From: Raillietiella orientalis
Lineage: Eukaryota
DNA: 64,000 nucleotides
Assembly: GCA_036172245.1 (NCBI GenBank)
Contig: JAYWIR010000022.1
Location: 1,116,001-1,180,000 of the forward strand
Direction: 5' to 3'
Made by a program: the position numbers and the translations under genes. Below are positions 14,031 to 27,179 of this stretch, in pieces (the stretch's first letter is position 1; every line of letters starts with the position of its first letter). The notes beneath the pieces are model-generated. The model saw only the letters and a list, made by a program, of their open reading frames with translations, did not search any database and was not told the DNA's origin.

Positions 14031-14498
14031 CCCTTTGAGTGCTATGGACGCATATAAGCGTCAGACGAAAAGCATCGGCGTGGACTATGGACTCATATAT
14101 GCGTTTGGCAAAGATGCTTTCATCTTGCACACGCAACATAAGTTAACACTATCAATGTTTGAGATGGACACACACTTACGTTCATATGATTACCCTGGCA
14201 ACGACAGTAAACAAAAGTCTACTTATATCGGCTAACCATCCTCGTTTCTTCAGACGGTCACTTCTCTGTGTAAATAAAATAAATTGACAATAAGTAAAGG
14301 TATAAATAAACAACAAATAGAGCTGCAAATAAACGATTATAATTGTAACTCGAATCAGCACTTCATGTAGTCAGTAGGTGGCACCTCTGATAGAGTACGA
14401 GGTACGCGAAGAAACGTTCCGTGCACGGAGGTCGCCACTGCGACTCGCGTGCCGTCAGCACTGAACGTTTAAACCCGACGAGCGCCGTACCCAAAGGG
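14031..14498. mobile_element. Non-autonomous piggyBac-type MITE (468 bp)
   Basis: Left end gtaa|CCCTTTGAGTGC; right end, reverse-complemented, ttaa|CCCTTTGGGTAC (10/12 TIR match). Flanks are TTAA-like (GTAA and TTAA). Subterminal palindrome GACGCATATAAGCGTC at 14047, with a second degenerate copy ~14089. No coding capacity. Confidence 0.75.
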
Positions 14499-16029
14499 TT
14501 AATGTTTGAACTACGCTTACGAACGTCCATTGCCAGGCATCAGCGTCCATCTCGGAAGCTCGGCATGAAACTTGATGAGGATTGTGTTCGGTACTTGTGT
14601 CCCATTCTTTTCTTGCACTTGCATTCATTTCTTCACTTGCACCCCAATAGTGGTCCGTGTTGTCTCTCTCGTTGATGAGTATTCACTTCGGCTTTTGAAG
14701 ATCTTTACCGTTGCTTTCTGCAACACCTCACTCTTTATTCGTTCTCATCGCTTTGCTATTTCGAGGCCGCTGAAAATGATGCTCCGTCGTTAAATCTCAT
14801 GAAATTTCTGCACCATACTGAAAGGGCAAAAGCAAAAATCGATAACGTACCTGCGCTCCCAAAACCTGCAGATGCTTTTCGAATGAAGTTTTGCTCTATG
14901 GATCGTTCTAAAGAGCTATAGGCCATAAATTCTTGAATAGCTATCAACTGCAACTGCAAAATTTATGAGTGAGAAGAAATTCGTGCCGATGATCTTGAGA
15001 AAGTTGAAGAAAACGCAAGGAGCCACATAGATGGGTGGCACCTAAGAGGGCCAGGAGTTGCTGCGTGATTGCTTTGATGTGCCTGACAACGAGGAAAGGA
15101 TTTTTTTTCCGATGGAGACCTCGGGCAAGAGTATCGCAGAAGCAAGAAATCACTGCCGATGCCAATATCAAGGGGGAAAGAATTTTGAATCTTCAGGGGG
15201 AGAGAGAAAGGTCCGGTTTTGAAGAGACGCTTAAATTGAGCAGCAAACGAATGAATGCAAAAGTGGATGAAGATGGAAGGACTACAAAAAGGATTCAAAT
15301 GCAAAATCGACGGTGGAAAATGGCAGCTATGAACCGGTTTTGGCTGCAATTGGTGACGACTGAAGAAGTGAATTATGTCTCCACTTTGTGTCTCCGATAC
15401 CCCCAGGATTTTGGATGCGAATAAGCTCAAGATTTTTCGACTCCGAAAATAAGTCTGAAACCATTATTTTCACTCCGCTAAGATCATCATATGGAATGTA
15501 CTTGAATTAAAGGCCACTTATTTTTTGTTCTTTTTTGTTTTTGTTTATCAGTTGAATGGGATTTCTGGATCACTGTAACAAACGGTCTTCAGAGTGGATG
15601 GCTTGTAATGAATCTTTTTTCTTTTAATTAGGTTCGGTTAGGCTGCTTTCTCTCATCAAGAACTTCATTATTTCCTCAGAAGTTAGAAAGTTTAGAAGAA
15701 GCTCCTTCCCTTTTTTGATCTCTGAATTTTTGCATTAATTTGTGTGCATCATGAAAGGATCTGCAACTTTGTTATTCAGATAGTAACAAGCAAGTTTTCA
15801 ACTCAGCAGCGTTTGGAGAATTGGGACTTTTTTTTTTGTGTGTCTGCGGATTGTTCGTCAGTCACTGTCTTGAAAACGCTTGGAGTAACCACTATTTAAC
15901 GATCTGTTTCTGAGCAAGCGTTATACATGAGCTGAGAAAAAGGTATGTACTTTTATTTCTTAATATCTCCAAGACTTCGAGAAGGTAATGCGAAATCTGT
16001 CTTCTTTCCTTGGTCCGTAGTGACTTACA

Positions 16030-16800
16030 TTCCGGATCTTCCATTTCTTTCCTGGCCAGGTCCAGTTCATTTTTGATGACTAATTCAGATGCCTTCCCTG
16101 TGCATACCCTGTTCTTTCAAGCTCCCAGATATTGCATCTTGACTAATATATCTCGTCGAAATGTCTTCTGCCATCTCTCGGCCGGTGAGTATCTTCTGAA
16201 GAACTGCGAGGACTACAGCAAAGAACGAAGAGGGAGGGATAACTACCATGGGAATGCCGAGAGCATCTCTCTCAAGCAGCAGTTTAATCTCCTCCCAACG
16301 CCAGTTTCATCACGCTGTTAGGAATTTGCGAATTCGTCGATTACTGCTTCCTGCTTCCCAGTTTTCCCACTGCTGTAGGCATTTTTTGCTCACCTTGTCT
16401 CAGAACTGATGGAATCCTAATTTTCTTGCTTCGAGGTTCCTTTTGGATGTTGCGACGATAAAACCATGATTTTCCTATAGAACCCTCTACTATCATAAGA
16501 ATAAGGGTTCCTGCTTGGTCATTTGCCCTTTTACTGCTCCAGAGCTTTGGTTTGGCACAGGAAATTTTCCTAGCGACGCTCATCAACTGAAGAAACGAGG
16601 GCGCTTCTGTCTTTCTGGTCGGCTTGCCCCTGCTGAGGCGGGTCTCTGAAACAGCTACATCGACAGAGACGCCAGTTGATGGTTTCCGATCGACGAATCG
16701 CACTTTTGGCTCGTTTTTTGGAAGGAAAGAGAGTAAAAGAGAACTGGTCATTGCTCATTGCGTTCGAACCGGTAACAGGTTCTCGCATTCATACACACTC
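16030..16800 (-). mobile_element. RTE-like non-LTR retrotransposon remnant (APE endonuclease)
   Basis: VSVDVAVSETRLSRG (cf. RTE IDIAALSETRL), followed by MKLALGGD (cf. LILLGDFN) and ELVIKN (cf. LVITNT). Frameshifted. Confidence 0.55.
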
Positions 16801-18649
16801 TGGAAAGGCTATTGGGAAACTGTCGTACTCTTTAAGATACCCCCTCAGGTGAAGTGATTCGTCCAGCAAGTACTGATCTTTAAAAACAAGTTACGAGATT
16901 GAATTTCTGACTGAAGATGAAAAGAATCCGCCCATTCATATCGGCCGTTTCAGGAGTCATGCTCTTCAGTGTTTGGGCAGCATAGTAGCACCGATGAATC
17001 TACAGTGAGAATGAGAAGTTCTGTATTTGGAAACTGATATAGTTAATCTTCGAAATCTGCCTCCTTTGGGAATGGATTTGTCACACTGCAATGAGCACGA
17101 GCGTTTCTATCGTATATTTCTCTTTCAATCCTAATATGGAAAAATCTTCGAGAAGTGACTTTGTTTTCTCTCGAAAGAACTGGTGGTCCTTCAAATCTCC
17201 GTGCATTTTGTCATCCATTTGATCAAATTACATGCTGACTTTTTCGTGGGTGTTCGAAAATGATTCTTTGAACTCGAATTTTTTGCAAGGATGTTTCCAC
17301 GGATGTGCAAAATACACGAGGTTTCATTTTCTTTTTGCAGACATTGGAAGAACAAGATTCTTCATGCAATGCATATATGTATATGTGTTCACTCCCAAAT
17401 ATTGGAATTAAAGATCGGATCCATACCTTCATTCATCACTTCAATTGAGATGGGATACTCAAAAATGCCTGATCTTTTGAAGAACCTTTAAAACTTCTTC
17501 AATCTAGAGTATTTTTGCAAGTGAGGTTTTCGCAAAGAGCATCAGGTTTATTTCCCCGTTTCCGTAATGATCTCGTTGCCACGATGATTTTTTCTTTTTG
17601 CTTCCATTGTATTTCTTTTTCTTCTTGCTGGAGAGAGAGATCTCTGACTATTTTTACCGCACAGCTCAACCTCAAAGATTACGTATTCTGATGAGTGGCG
17701 AGCGAGTATAAGATCAGATTAGCTGCATTCATAACAGTTTCTTTGACTGTTGCTTCAAATTCTGTTTATAAGTCTTTTTTTAAATTATCAGTTTGTTTCG
17801 AATCAGCTCAGGTACTTTTTCCGAAAAAAACCATTTATGAATGCTTCAATGAATACTGTGGAGATTATGCTGATGTGCATCGGACAATAGTTCGATGCAG
17901 ACCACTAATTCACAGAGATCTGTTATCTCCGCTTAGTGCAAAGTGTGGATCCTCACCTATATGTAGGTTCCTATGATCTATTCTTTAAAATCTTATTTAT
18001 CTCATGGGGTGCACATGGATGCAAAGTTCAATCATCCTCTTTATAGCTAGGCATGCTCATTTCGGGGTCAGAGAAAGAACATGAGGACCAAAAGTATTCC
18101 GAACGACGTGCCATTATGAGGTTTCACGTATGAACAGTTTATTGGGCATTTCCATAACAGCATTCCTCTAACTGCATCAGTTCCTAACAGCCACTTTGAA
18201 ACGTAGGTTCTCAGCTTGATTTTCTTTTATGCCACTTGTGAACTTCCCATAAGATAACAATTGTTTTCTTCATTTGTGACTCTATCCGTCTGCTTCAACC
18301 ACCCTCATGATCACTTTTTCGGTACACTTTCAATTAGTTGAACAATAAAATACCAGTAATGCCGCCGTACGCTCGAACATCGCGTCTCTTGAGCTGCTTT
18401 TAGCCGAGAAGATACATTGCTTTTTCACTGCTTCGACTACGTGTGGAAGTGGAAGGTGGTGCAAGGCGTACAGTGATTCATTCGATGTGCTCGGCTGCCC
18501 ATGAGCCTGCTGCCTCTCATTCCGATTCCGTTCGCCCCAAAACGAGCTGATGATTGTTAGGCTCGTCTGGAGCCAAAACGGAACCCCTGTCCTAGTTCAT
18601 AAGTGCCCCACCACATGGAAAGGCTCGTTCCGGGATAATGGGAGGATCA

Positions 18650-19830
18650 GCCTCCTACTCGCGCGTTATCCACTTGTACGTTTGGGGCATCAACAGCCTG
18701 TGGAACAATGCGGAGAGGCGCGCTGTCGCGGAGTCCCTGAGGAGTTTCGATCTCCCACTTTTGCAGGAGATGCATACAGTCTCCACAAAGATGAGACTCG
18801 TGGTCGAACACCTCTCAGGAGGAGGAGTTGCGGGATCGTGTTCCTCATCGAGCCGCGCATAAGGCAAATAATACCCAGAGTCCATTTTCACGATGGCCTC
18901 CTGCGAAAGGCCCTTTGGGACATAGGGATGTCCCGCGCGCCCCGATTGAAAGACGTGTGGGCTCCACATCGGGTCGGAGGACTTTGCATCCTGACGCCGG
19001 AACGCATGGAGCTTCAGCTCCTTTTCAGGGGACTGGTCTTGATGACCAAGTACTGGATCACACACTGGTGTATGTCAGAGTGTCTGCTCTCTCCCGAGGC
19101 GAGGTTGACTGAGAACGACTTCGCGACCCTGCTTTCTCTCAGCCAGCAGAGCCTAGCCGCCTACGCCTTCCCACTCTTGCAAGTGACCGCCCTAGCATGC
19201 ACACATTGGTGAACCTCCTGCCGCTCCACTAACAGTTACGCCTGGAGGAAGGTGATAGTTCGAACTTGAGCCTCGATGACGAATCCCACGAATGAAACCC
19301 AAAAGTGCCAGCGATTCCGTCAAAGTGCAGGAAGAACCATGGAGGCTGTGGGCAGTGAGCCAGCACTTGCTTGTCCTTCAGCCACTTCTCTTCCATCGCC
19401 GCAGAGATACCCTCTACTTTAGAGATCCATGGACAAGTGAGAAATTTCAGTGCCAGTGCCAACTGCATCAGATGCGGAGAGAAGGACTCTCCTCCCCTCT
19501 TTTTTCTGATCATGACGTGTGCTGCCCTATGGACACTGTGAAAATGTTTCTCTATATTTCCCCTTTTCCCAGTGGATAACCCAGCAAACATCTTGAGAGA
19601 CCTCTTTGTGAGGAGTACCTGGTCGCCAGCTGCTGCCGTCGCAGCGCTGTGCTGCTGTCCTCGCAGGACATTCGCCTCTAGGACCGACGCCGAGAGAGGA
19701 AGCGACGACAGAGGAGCCATCTTCTTCGCCACCGGGTTCCTTCGGATCTCGACGGTTGCCTGCCAGGTTACCAAGAGGAACCTCGCCCCTGATGTCCTGC
19801 AAAGGATGAGGAAGACCCCGTATCGAGGGA
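18650..19830 (+). mobile_element. Internally deleted Tx1/L1-like LINE (APE N-terminus joined to the post-RT region)
   Basis: HLYVWGINSL...FDLPLLQEMH...GGGV (APE motifs I-III), then LLRKALWD...WAPHRVGGLCIL (post-RT PxxxGGLG), then NCIRCGEKDSP...MTC (CCHC knuckle, ~19455-19530). No RT core between them. Confidence 0.65.
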
Positions 19831-20029
19831 TGTGATCCCTTCCTCTCCTCCCCTCCCTGAGTTCAGCCAGACTGTTTCTGTTTTTCTTTTCTTTTTATTT
19901 TTCGCATCCCTTCACCTCCTTTGTGATGTTGTGGACTTCGTCGACGCCCCTCAAACGGTGGTCGGACTTGGTGCGACGCTGGTCCCACCGACTCCAGTCT
20001 GCTTATCTTTTTTCTTCTGCAGACAAATA

Positions 20030-23000
20030 AACACCCTGAAGCAACCAGTCAACAATTACCGAAGCGATGTGGAGTTTCCGGTGACACTTCAGCAGGACTG
20101 GCTGCTCCCTAAGAATTCAGGGACTACTCACCTCATGTCAGGGGGCTTCATCGTGCACCTGCTTTCAGGCGAAATGCGGTCCCCGAGCCTGACTTCGAAG
20201 GCCAATGGGTTGCATCGGTGCATACCACGAACCTGTTGGCCAGATGAACCTGAGGTGTCCGACTCCATCGATCATATGTTTCTCGACGACCAGCTGTGTT
20301 TGCAGATGGAGCGACGAGAACGAGGACTGTCTACCTACTCAGATCCTAGGATCGAGCCGAAACTAGTTCCTCCCCAAAGGGTCCCGAAACAAGGACATGG
20401 AGGATGTCTGGAGGGATGAATCAGTCTGGGCCGTGTAGGAGCTTTGCTCCGCAAGTGAACTCTGGTGCTTGAAGGTGCCTCGTGGGTTTCGAGTACCCCG
20501 TGCAAAATGACGCCGGTTGGCCTCGGTTGGCTTCGAATGATGCAATGGTTGACCCTGGTCACGCCGGGGCGTTTATTTATAAAAAAATAAACATACACAT
20601 CTGTGGAAGGACGTTTGATCCCACCATGTGACTTATAACTACGAGAAGGAACCTATCTGGAACCGGCACGCGGCCAGCGAGGTTCGCCTCGATAGCACAG
20701 GGGAAGGGGCGACAAACGAAAAGAAAAAAAAATAAAACAAAAAACATAGTCAAAAAAATGGGGAGGTTCGGGAAGGGGTCACCATGTGCTGGATGGTTTC
20801 CTCTGCATCCTTGTAGGGAACCGGCAAGTTCCTGTTTCAAGACTCCCAGATGAGGCCATCTTGATGCTGTTCTCATGAAGAGGACCGCAAAGTGGATTGA
20901 GTCCCTGTTGTTCTCGCTTCCTCTGGCGTTACTGCTCCATGCAGCCACGATTCCACCGTGTAGGCAGCACAGTGCTGCTGGGGATGCGGCCGAGGGGGTC
21001 ACTCAGGAAGAGGCGCTTTACATCGTCTCTGGAGTTGCCGCTGGGGGTTCCAAGGGTGCGACACTGGTGGTGGCCGGGTGCTCCCGTTGACTACTCAAAT
21101 TGGAATTTGACTCTCCAAGGTCCTTCCAGGAATCAAGGAGCCGGTTCTCTTTGGGGTTCCCCTCCTGTTGTGAAAATGGAGTCATCCTCCCCCCCCCTCG
21201 AGGGGGGTGGAAGCTCCATTGCATACCATAGAGCTGGTTGATAATCTCCTTGGGAAGTGCCTCTTCAGAGCGTTACAGAAGCTTCTCCTTTCTGAGAGCC
21301 CCCTTTAGAGAATTTGGAAGCGTCCCTTCAGGGTTCTGCGGGTTCCCTCAGAAGAAATTCCATGGGCGGATCCTTTCCCGATTCCCTTAGGAGATGAAAT
21401 AATGGCACCCTTCGGGGGGTCGCTCTGGAGAGAACGAGGAAGAGGCGTTTCCCTTCGGAGACAATCAGGGTGGAAGGTTCCCTTCGGAGTTCCCTCCCAA
21501 GAGTGAGAGGAACTAACCGCTTCCAATGGAGCCTTGCTGGATTCATGCGGTGGTCCTTCCAGGGTTACGTCCTAAATTGAAGAGTTACACGCACCCTCGG
21601 GTGGCGTGGACTGTGTTAAAGAGTTTCAGGAGTCCCTCCTATGGAGACGAACAGTTCTTCAGCACTTGGAGAACCAAAAAAAGAAAAAAAAAAGCTGGAT
21701 GGGAGGCAGCAAGCATAGAAGAACCCAAAAGATTTCCGTCATTCTATGCCAATAGTAACGACCTCCCCATGAGGTCTCCACTATTTTTTTTGTTTTTTTT
21801 TTTGGAAAAAAAAAACTGTTGCAGCCACTGCATTCCATAATCTTCCTTAATTGGAGGTCGATTTCATAGAGGATGATTCCCCTGCACCCATGCGTTAGGG
21901 AAGGAAAAATCCCGTTATTCCACAACCTGGTTCGCAATTTTGCAGGCATTCCAGGCATACAAACGCCGCCGTTTCATTTTCACCGGGACCAAAAAAGGGT
22001 CCTGCTACTGGCACACTCGCCATTATCCACAGGGTGCAGAAAAAACACACCCGCAGCCTCCCTTCCTCCGAGCCCGCACTTTTGGCAGACGGCCGAGAGT
22101 TAGTAGGAGTGCTCTGCAGTGCTGGATAGATATCCCTGGCAATGGGGTGCAGCGAATCTGCCAATTATGCATCTCACCGAAGCGCCTACGCCTCGTAGTA
22201 CGCAAATGCTACCCTCACCTGCACACGAGGGCACCTTCTTTCGAGGTCGACTGAGCTAACACAGCTGCTCGAGCGACTACGCTCAGGCCGTTGAAGGAGA
22301 ATTTAAAACGACTTGATGAGCCCTTCACGAGCAGCGGAACCGCGGCCGCTATCGGAAGGCTCGAGAGAAGAACTCCAGGCATCCAGGAGCAGGCGGGCTG
22401 CCTACTGAGTTCTACCAACTCTACTCAGAAGAACTGGAGCCCCTGGTGCGCAAACTAACACCGTGATCCGGAGAGACAAGCCAAGTGGCTGTCTGTTCAG
22501 GATCGACCTTTCGGAGGACCGTCTCTCTTCCTGGACAGAGAGCTCCTCTTCCAGACAACTGGAATCCCACCTCGTTCGTCAACACGAATCGTCAGGTTGC
22601 TTTCCAAGGTGAGGAGCCCACAAATAAAACAAAAGGCGGAGCCCCTAGTCAGACCGGAACAGAAGCAGGTGGTTTTGGGTCGAAGCATGGATGCCAACCT
22701 GCTATACGCCCACACTTCAGTTTAGGACGCGTAAGGAATGAATTACAGCCTCTTTCAAAGGGGACACGAGCCGCTCAGGGAGTTTGCGGAGGATACCATC
22801 CGAGAAGGAATCACTGTTGAACACTTTCTCCAGGCTCATTAGGTGCCTCCTCACTGGCAACTCGCTGCTGCGTACTAGAGGTGATTGCCAAAATGGAAGA
22901 AAAGTGTGGTCGTCATTCCGGAGAGCCGTTTGCGATCTTCATCCCGTGGGTACCATCCCAGGCAACGGAATGACCCAATCCGGAAAGTAAACTACAAGGA

Positions 23001-24720
23001 AGCCTTCCGACGATCGCGGGAAGACTAGCCCGAAACCGTTGAACTCACCCCCTTTCATCCCTTGCCTGTCCGGTTCAGACCCACGGGGATCATGTTTATT
23101 TACCTTCAGATCGATCCACCCAATTCCCTATTTATTTATTGATTAATTGGCGCTGTTTCATCTCCCTTTGCTCCTTCCTAGTTTTGCCCCCAGCGGGGGT
23201 AGCCCCTTTGAGTTCGGGCTGTTCGGACTTCTTGGCACTCCCTAAGCGTAAAAATTTTATTTATTTATTTCGGATACATGAGCCGTAAATCTAGGATGAG
23301 GACATTACACTGGAGCAGTGAAGATGCATGTTTCAAGAATCCCTGCATTGCTGCTTGGATTTTTCCTTGAACTAGTTTGGTGACTTGTTGAAATATCTGT
23401 AGAGGTCGTTGGTACTTTTAGAGTTGTGGCTCGGGCTATCGATTGAGGACTGCCCCGCATCCCTACTGAGAGATACCTTAGAGCTCCCTCGGAAAAACTA
23501 CTGATCGCGAAGCCACTGGAGCAGGCGGTGTTGAGTGTGATGGCGGCACCCCTGGGACGAAAACCGCGTTGGGGAGCTTCTAGCTGATAATAGCCACCTC
23601 TGCAAGCCAAGAAGCAATGGATTTAGGAGCTGAAACCTATGTGGCTCAAGAGCATAATCCTACTCGTATAAAAAGATCAGGAACTGCGGCAGAGTACCCT
23701 CCTGAACACATAGCGCTACATCTTGAAGACGTCAGATGTTGTCCAAATGACTAGAATGGCCTCCAGACCTTAGTGAAACCACCTTAGCCACCAGACGGTA
23801 GTGTCAAAGATGGCGACACCTAGTGCATTGAACTTTCATGTGCAGAAATACGGAACCAAGTGTCTGCAGAAAAGAGAATGTCGAAAAAGTCGTTTAGCAG
23901 ATTCACTCCAACGCTTGTCGGACTGAGGACCATCTCACCAGGAAGATAGTGAGAAGATTCACTCACAAGTATCGAGAGCTCTGGACAAATCAGGAATTCA
24001 ACTGCTGGCGCCTGATCACCAAAGAGCAAATTTTCACCTATTCGTGACGAAGAATCCCGACGAGGACGACGCTGTCTGCGGCCGCCAGCTGCTACGGATG
24101 CCGTCTGGAGGTTGGAACCACAGTCTCGATGAGCGACTTACCACCCGTCACTAAGGATGAGCTCCCGATGTTTTATCATGGAGGCATCCTGAGCGGCATG
24201 AGGAGGAGGCATTGGTCAGGCAACGCTCAAGACGAGATGTGCAAGGCCTGTGGAGCCAGAGATACCCAACTCCACGTACTCAGCTGCCCGACGCTGTGCG
24301 GGGACTGGGCCAAGCTGAAGGAGGTGACAAACCTGCAGAGGATGAAGAAGATGGAGATCCTAGCAGGGATGGTTGAAGGTAACGGCAACTTTCCCCGATA
24401 CAACCCGATGGTCCGCACTTCCATCTCCCTCTTCATCGTGAGCATCGTGATTAGAAGGGCTGAAATGCGCACTGGAATAAATAGTATGCCAGCTATGGAA
24501 ATCCTTAAAGGATTAGTGAAAAGGGAAATTGGGATCAGAAGCTGTGGACGTATTTCCACTTGGACGTACTGTTGGATCCTGCGAAGAATTCAGGAACATT
24601 GTCAAGTGAGTGAATTCCCCACACAAACTCAGTGACTGGATGCCCGAAGACCAACGCTGAAAGTGAAAACAGTGAAAACCAGTGACATTGACCAACTCTT
24701 GTATGAATGAAAGTAGAAAA
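20030..24720 (+). mobile_element. Decayed, interrupted Tx1/L1-like LINE ORF2 (APE-RT-CCHC)
   Basis: APE C-terminal half VNNYRS/MSGGFIVHL/DSIDHMF/TYSDP (20030-20420); linker GDEQFFSTWRTKK (~21640); GGLPTEFYQ (~22390); DNWNPTSFVNTN (cf. NWRPISLLNTD, ~22555); ERYLRAP (cf. KYLG, ~23470); C-terminal CKACGARDTQLHVLSC (24239-24287); ORF ends at 24635, followed by AGTGAAAAC repeats. Confidence 0.75.
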
Positions 24721-24729
24721 TATATTCAC

Positions 24730-25990
24730 CTCACCGCAAGTCGGACTGGGAAAAACTAAGGACCATCTCGTAGAATAAGATAGAGTACGACTCCAAATCT
24801 GTGCTCACGGAGTTCGTCAGATCACTCCATCGTCTCGGAGTGAGCTCCGACGATCTTCGTGCACTTGCAAACCTGGATGCCAGCTTCTGCATTGAGAAAA
24901 TGCAGCACAAGTCCACCGCCCACTAAAATCGTCAGCGAGCGTTAGCGAGAGAGGAAGGTGCTCGCTGTCCCTCAAAATGAGTAGATGGTGATTCACACTT
25001 TGGCATGAATCAACGCTTGGCACAATTCAAATGATGTAGACTGTCCTTCTAAGATGTTTAGTATGTTTAATGAGTGGAAAGAGGCAGCAGATGTGGACGG
25101 GCAAGCCAGGGAAGTCTCAATCGTTAAGCTCATGGGCTCTAAAGCCACGACGGAACTTGCGGACTTCCTCTGGGTGGCACGGCTAGTCCCTAGCATCCGC
25201 TGAACTCATGATGGGGATCCCTTCAAGGAAAGGAGTAGCTCGAGCTTGACCCTGGAATGGTAGGGCAGAATTCATCGCTTTCTTCTCCTCCTTCTCGGCA
25301 GTGAAGGCAGCTGGTCGTCAAGAAAAACCGTGAACAACCTGAGTTACCTCATTTCAGGCTCGCCAGCCAACCGGCTGCTCGCGTGCATAGAACGCTCATA
25401 ACTGCTTGATATGCAGCTGAAGTACCTGCTCCTGGCTGCCGTTCGACAGCAGGAGGATATTGAATTGACCCACCAGCAAATGTGACGTGTGGGCTCTGGG
25501 TGCGGCGAGTAGGCCGATGAACGTGCTCGATCGGCCTCTCTGTTACGACGAGGTCAATAGAGCTGCAACACCTGAGCACCAGTTGGCCGAGCTCGGGCTA
25601 CTGCCGTCGAAGTGGAACTCTGCTTACGGCGCTCTCCATGCCTGCCGCCAACAGGAAGGCCACACCGTACGTTTGCTTGGCACTGCAATGTTCAGAGCAG
25701 CCCGCCTCTGCCTCCTGCTCGATGCTCTCGCCTGAGGGAAGATCGCGTGGATTTCCTGGAGGAGCATGATATGGAACGGGTGGAAGGTGTTTTCTACGAC
25801 ACAACTCTTCGCGTCGTCGCACAACTCGCTGACATCATCACAGGTTAAGCTAATGTTTCGGTGAGAAGTGGTCCGCTGTGTTATTTCTGGAAAGTTGCAG
25901 GCTGGGACCCAGGTTTCCTGCTCGTCCTCGTCCCCTACTGGGGGCGGGTCGTGTGAGGCTATGCCCATAGCCCAGTGAGTGATGTGAGCC
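24730..25990 (+). pseudogene. Frameshifted coding-like island of unknown origin
   Basis: Protein-like stretches alternate between frames (SDWEKLRTIS*NKIEYDSKSVLTEFVRSLHRLGV...; MFNEWKEAADV...TELADFLWVARL; REDRVDFLEEHDMERVEGVFYD). No introns and no recognised TE motif. Confidence 0.3.
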
Positions 25991-26399
25991 TGTTCCCTCC
26001 GGACCGCCCCCTATCACTTGTTTTCAGGCTCAAGTCTGGCTCGCGCGCATGGTGGTGCTAGTTCTGCCATCAGCCACGACTGTCTCTGTCCCCGATTCGG
26101 AGCCTGGGAGCTGCGGATGGGGGCAAGTGCTGGTTGCAGCTGGGACCGTTAACTACTGGCGGCGTCAGCGGTGCCAGAATCTACAGGAGTGGTTTGCAAG
26201 CCCTCAATAGCGAATAGGAGGCGTCAGACATATCGCACCGTGCAACGCCGTCCATACATTTTTGTACGGTAGCACGTTCTCTCTTCCCTTTTCTCCCTTT
26301 GACCTTGTGAACATTGACGCTCGCTCATTTGCCTCCTGCAGCACCTTGGGCTGCATGCACTTCCAGACGAGGGTGACTGCTTGCTCTTTATTCTGTCCC

Positions 26400-26800
26400 C
26401 TTAACTGCATTCAGGATATGACAGTTTTCTCCTCCTCTTTTTCCACTTTTTCTTCTCCTTTCTTTCCCTCTGATTTCTTTCCGTCTCCTTCCTCCCATTT
26501 TGATTTTTCTTTGAGCAGGAAAATTGCTTGTTGAGTGTCTCTCTTTTGTTTTCCCACGTGACTCGCGGCTTCTCGTAATTTTGGGCACACTGCTTTCGTG
26601 TGTCCGAGATCGCCATACCTCAGCATTGATCATTCCTTTGGGAGTTGCTTGGTGTGTACACTTGGCGCCAGGATAGGCGATGCTCCAGTTAATCAAGGAG
26701 TTGACGTCAACGAACGACAGCTCATTGGAATACTTAACAGAGCCGCGACTCATCTCGACTCGTCCAACATGACTCTGCGCATTGAGTAGAATACGGTCTG
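26400..26800 (-). mobile_element. LINE ORF1/gag-like zinc-knuckle fragment
   Basis: SIAYPG followed by a degenerate knuckle ...YGDLGHTKAVCPKL and a Lys/Glu-rich tail. Confidence 0.45.
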
Positions 26801-27179
26801 ACTGGTCCGGTTTGAAGATCTTAAAGTGCCATCACAAAGGACGAGAGGCTTGGTGACATAGATTCTGGTCAGGAGCTTGTGAAAATGAAATTACAGTAGG
26901 AGGCACAACTTTGGCTTGCGAGATTCCATTCATTCCCTCAGAGACTGCAAGTAGCCTACAGGCAACAGGTGTACTTCTGTGAGCATATCAGACATGTAGG
27001 CATAGAACCGCTGCTTGTCCTAAAATCTGTTTGAAGTGTAGTAAGACATCTGGAATTCTCTTGCCCATAACCCCAGAAAAGCTACTTCTGTAAAGTCGTG
27101 GAGCATAATGAAAGATAAATTTATCGAGTTCAGGGACTGGCAGAACTGAAAGGAAAAATATCCACCGTTTCTGCAAACA

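Noticed and set aside
14944..15430. Overlapping 75-155 aa ORFs on both strands
   Set aside because: No recognisable motif or splice structure; consistent with purine-skewed decayed repeat sequence.
16935..16975. Hammerhead-like CUGAAGA...GAAAC on the minus strand
   Set aside because: Stem II cannot form without using the conserved core bases, and no convincing stems I/III or cleavage triplet are present.
25900..26000. HDV-like ribozyme candidate around TCCTCGT
   Set aside because: The P3 and P1 pairings of the nested pseudoknot cannot be built.
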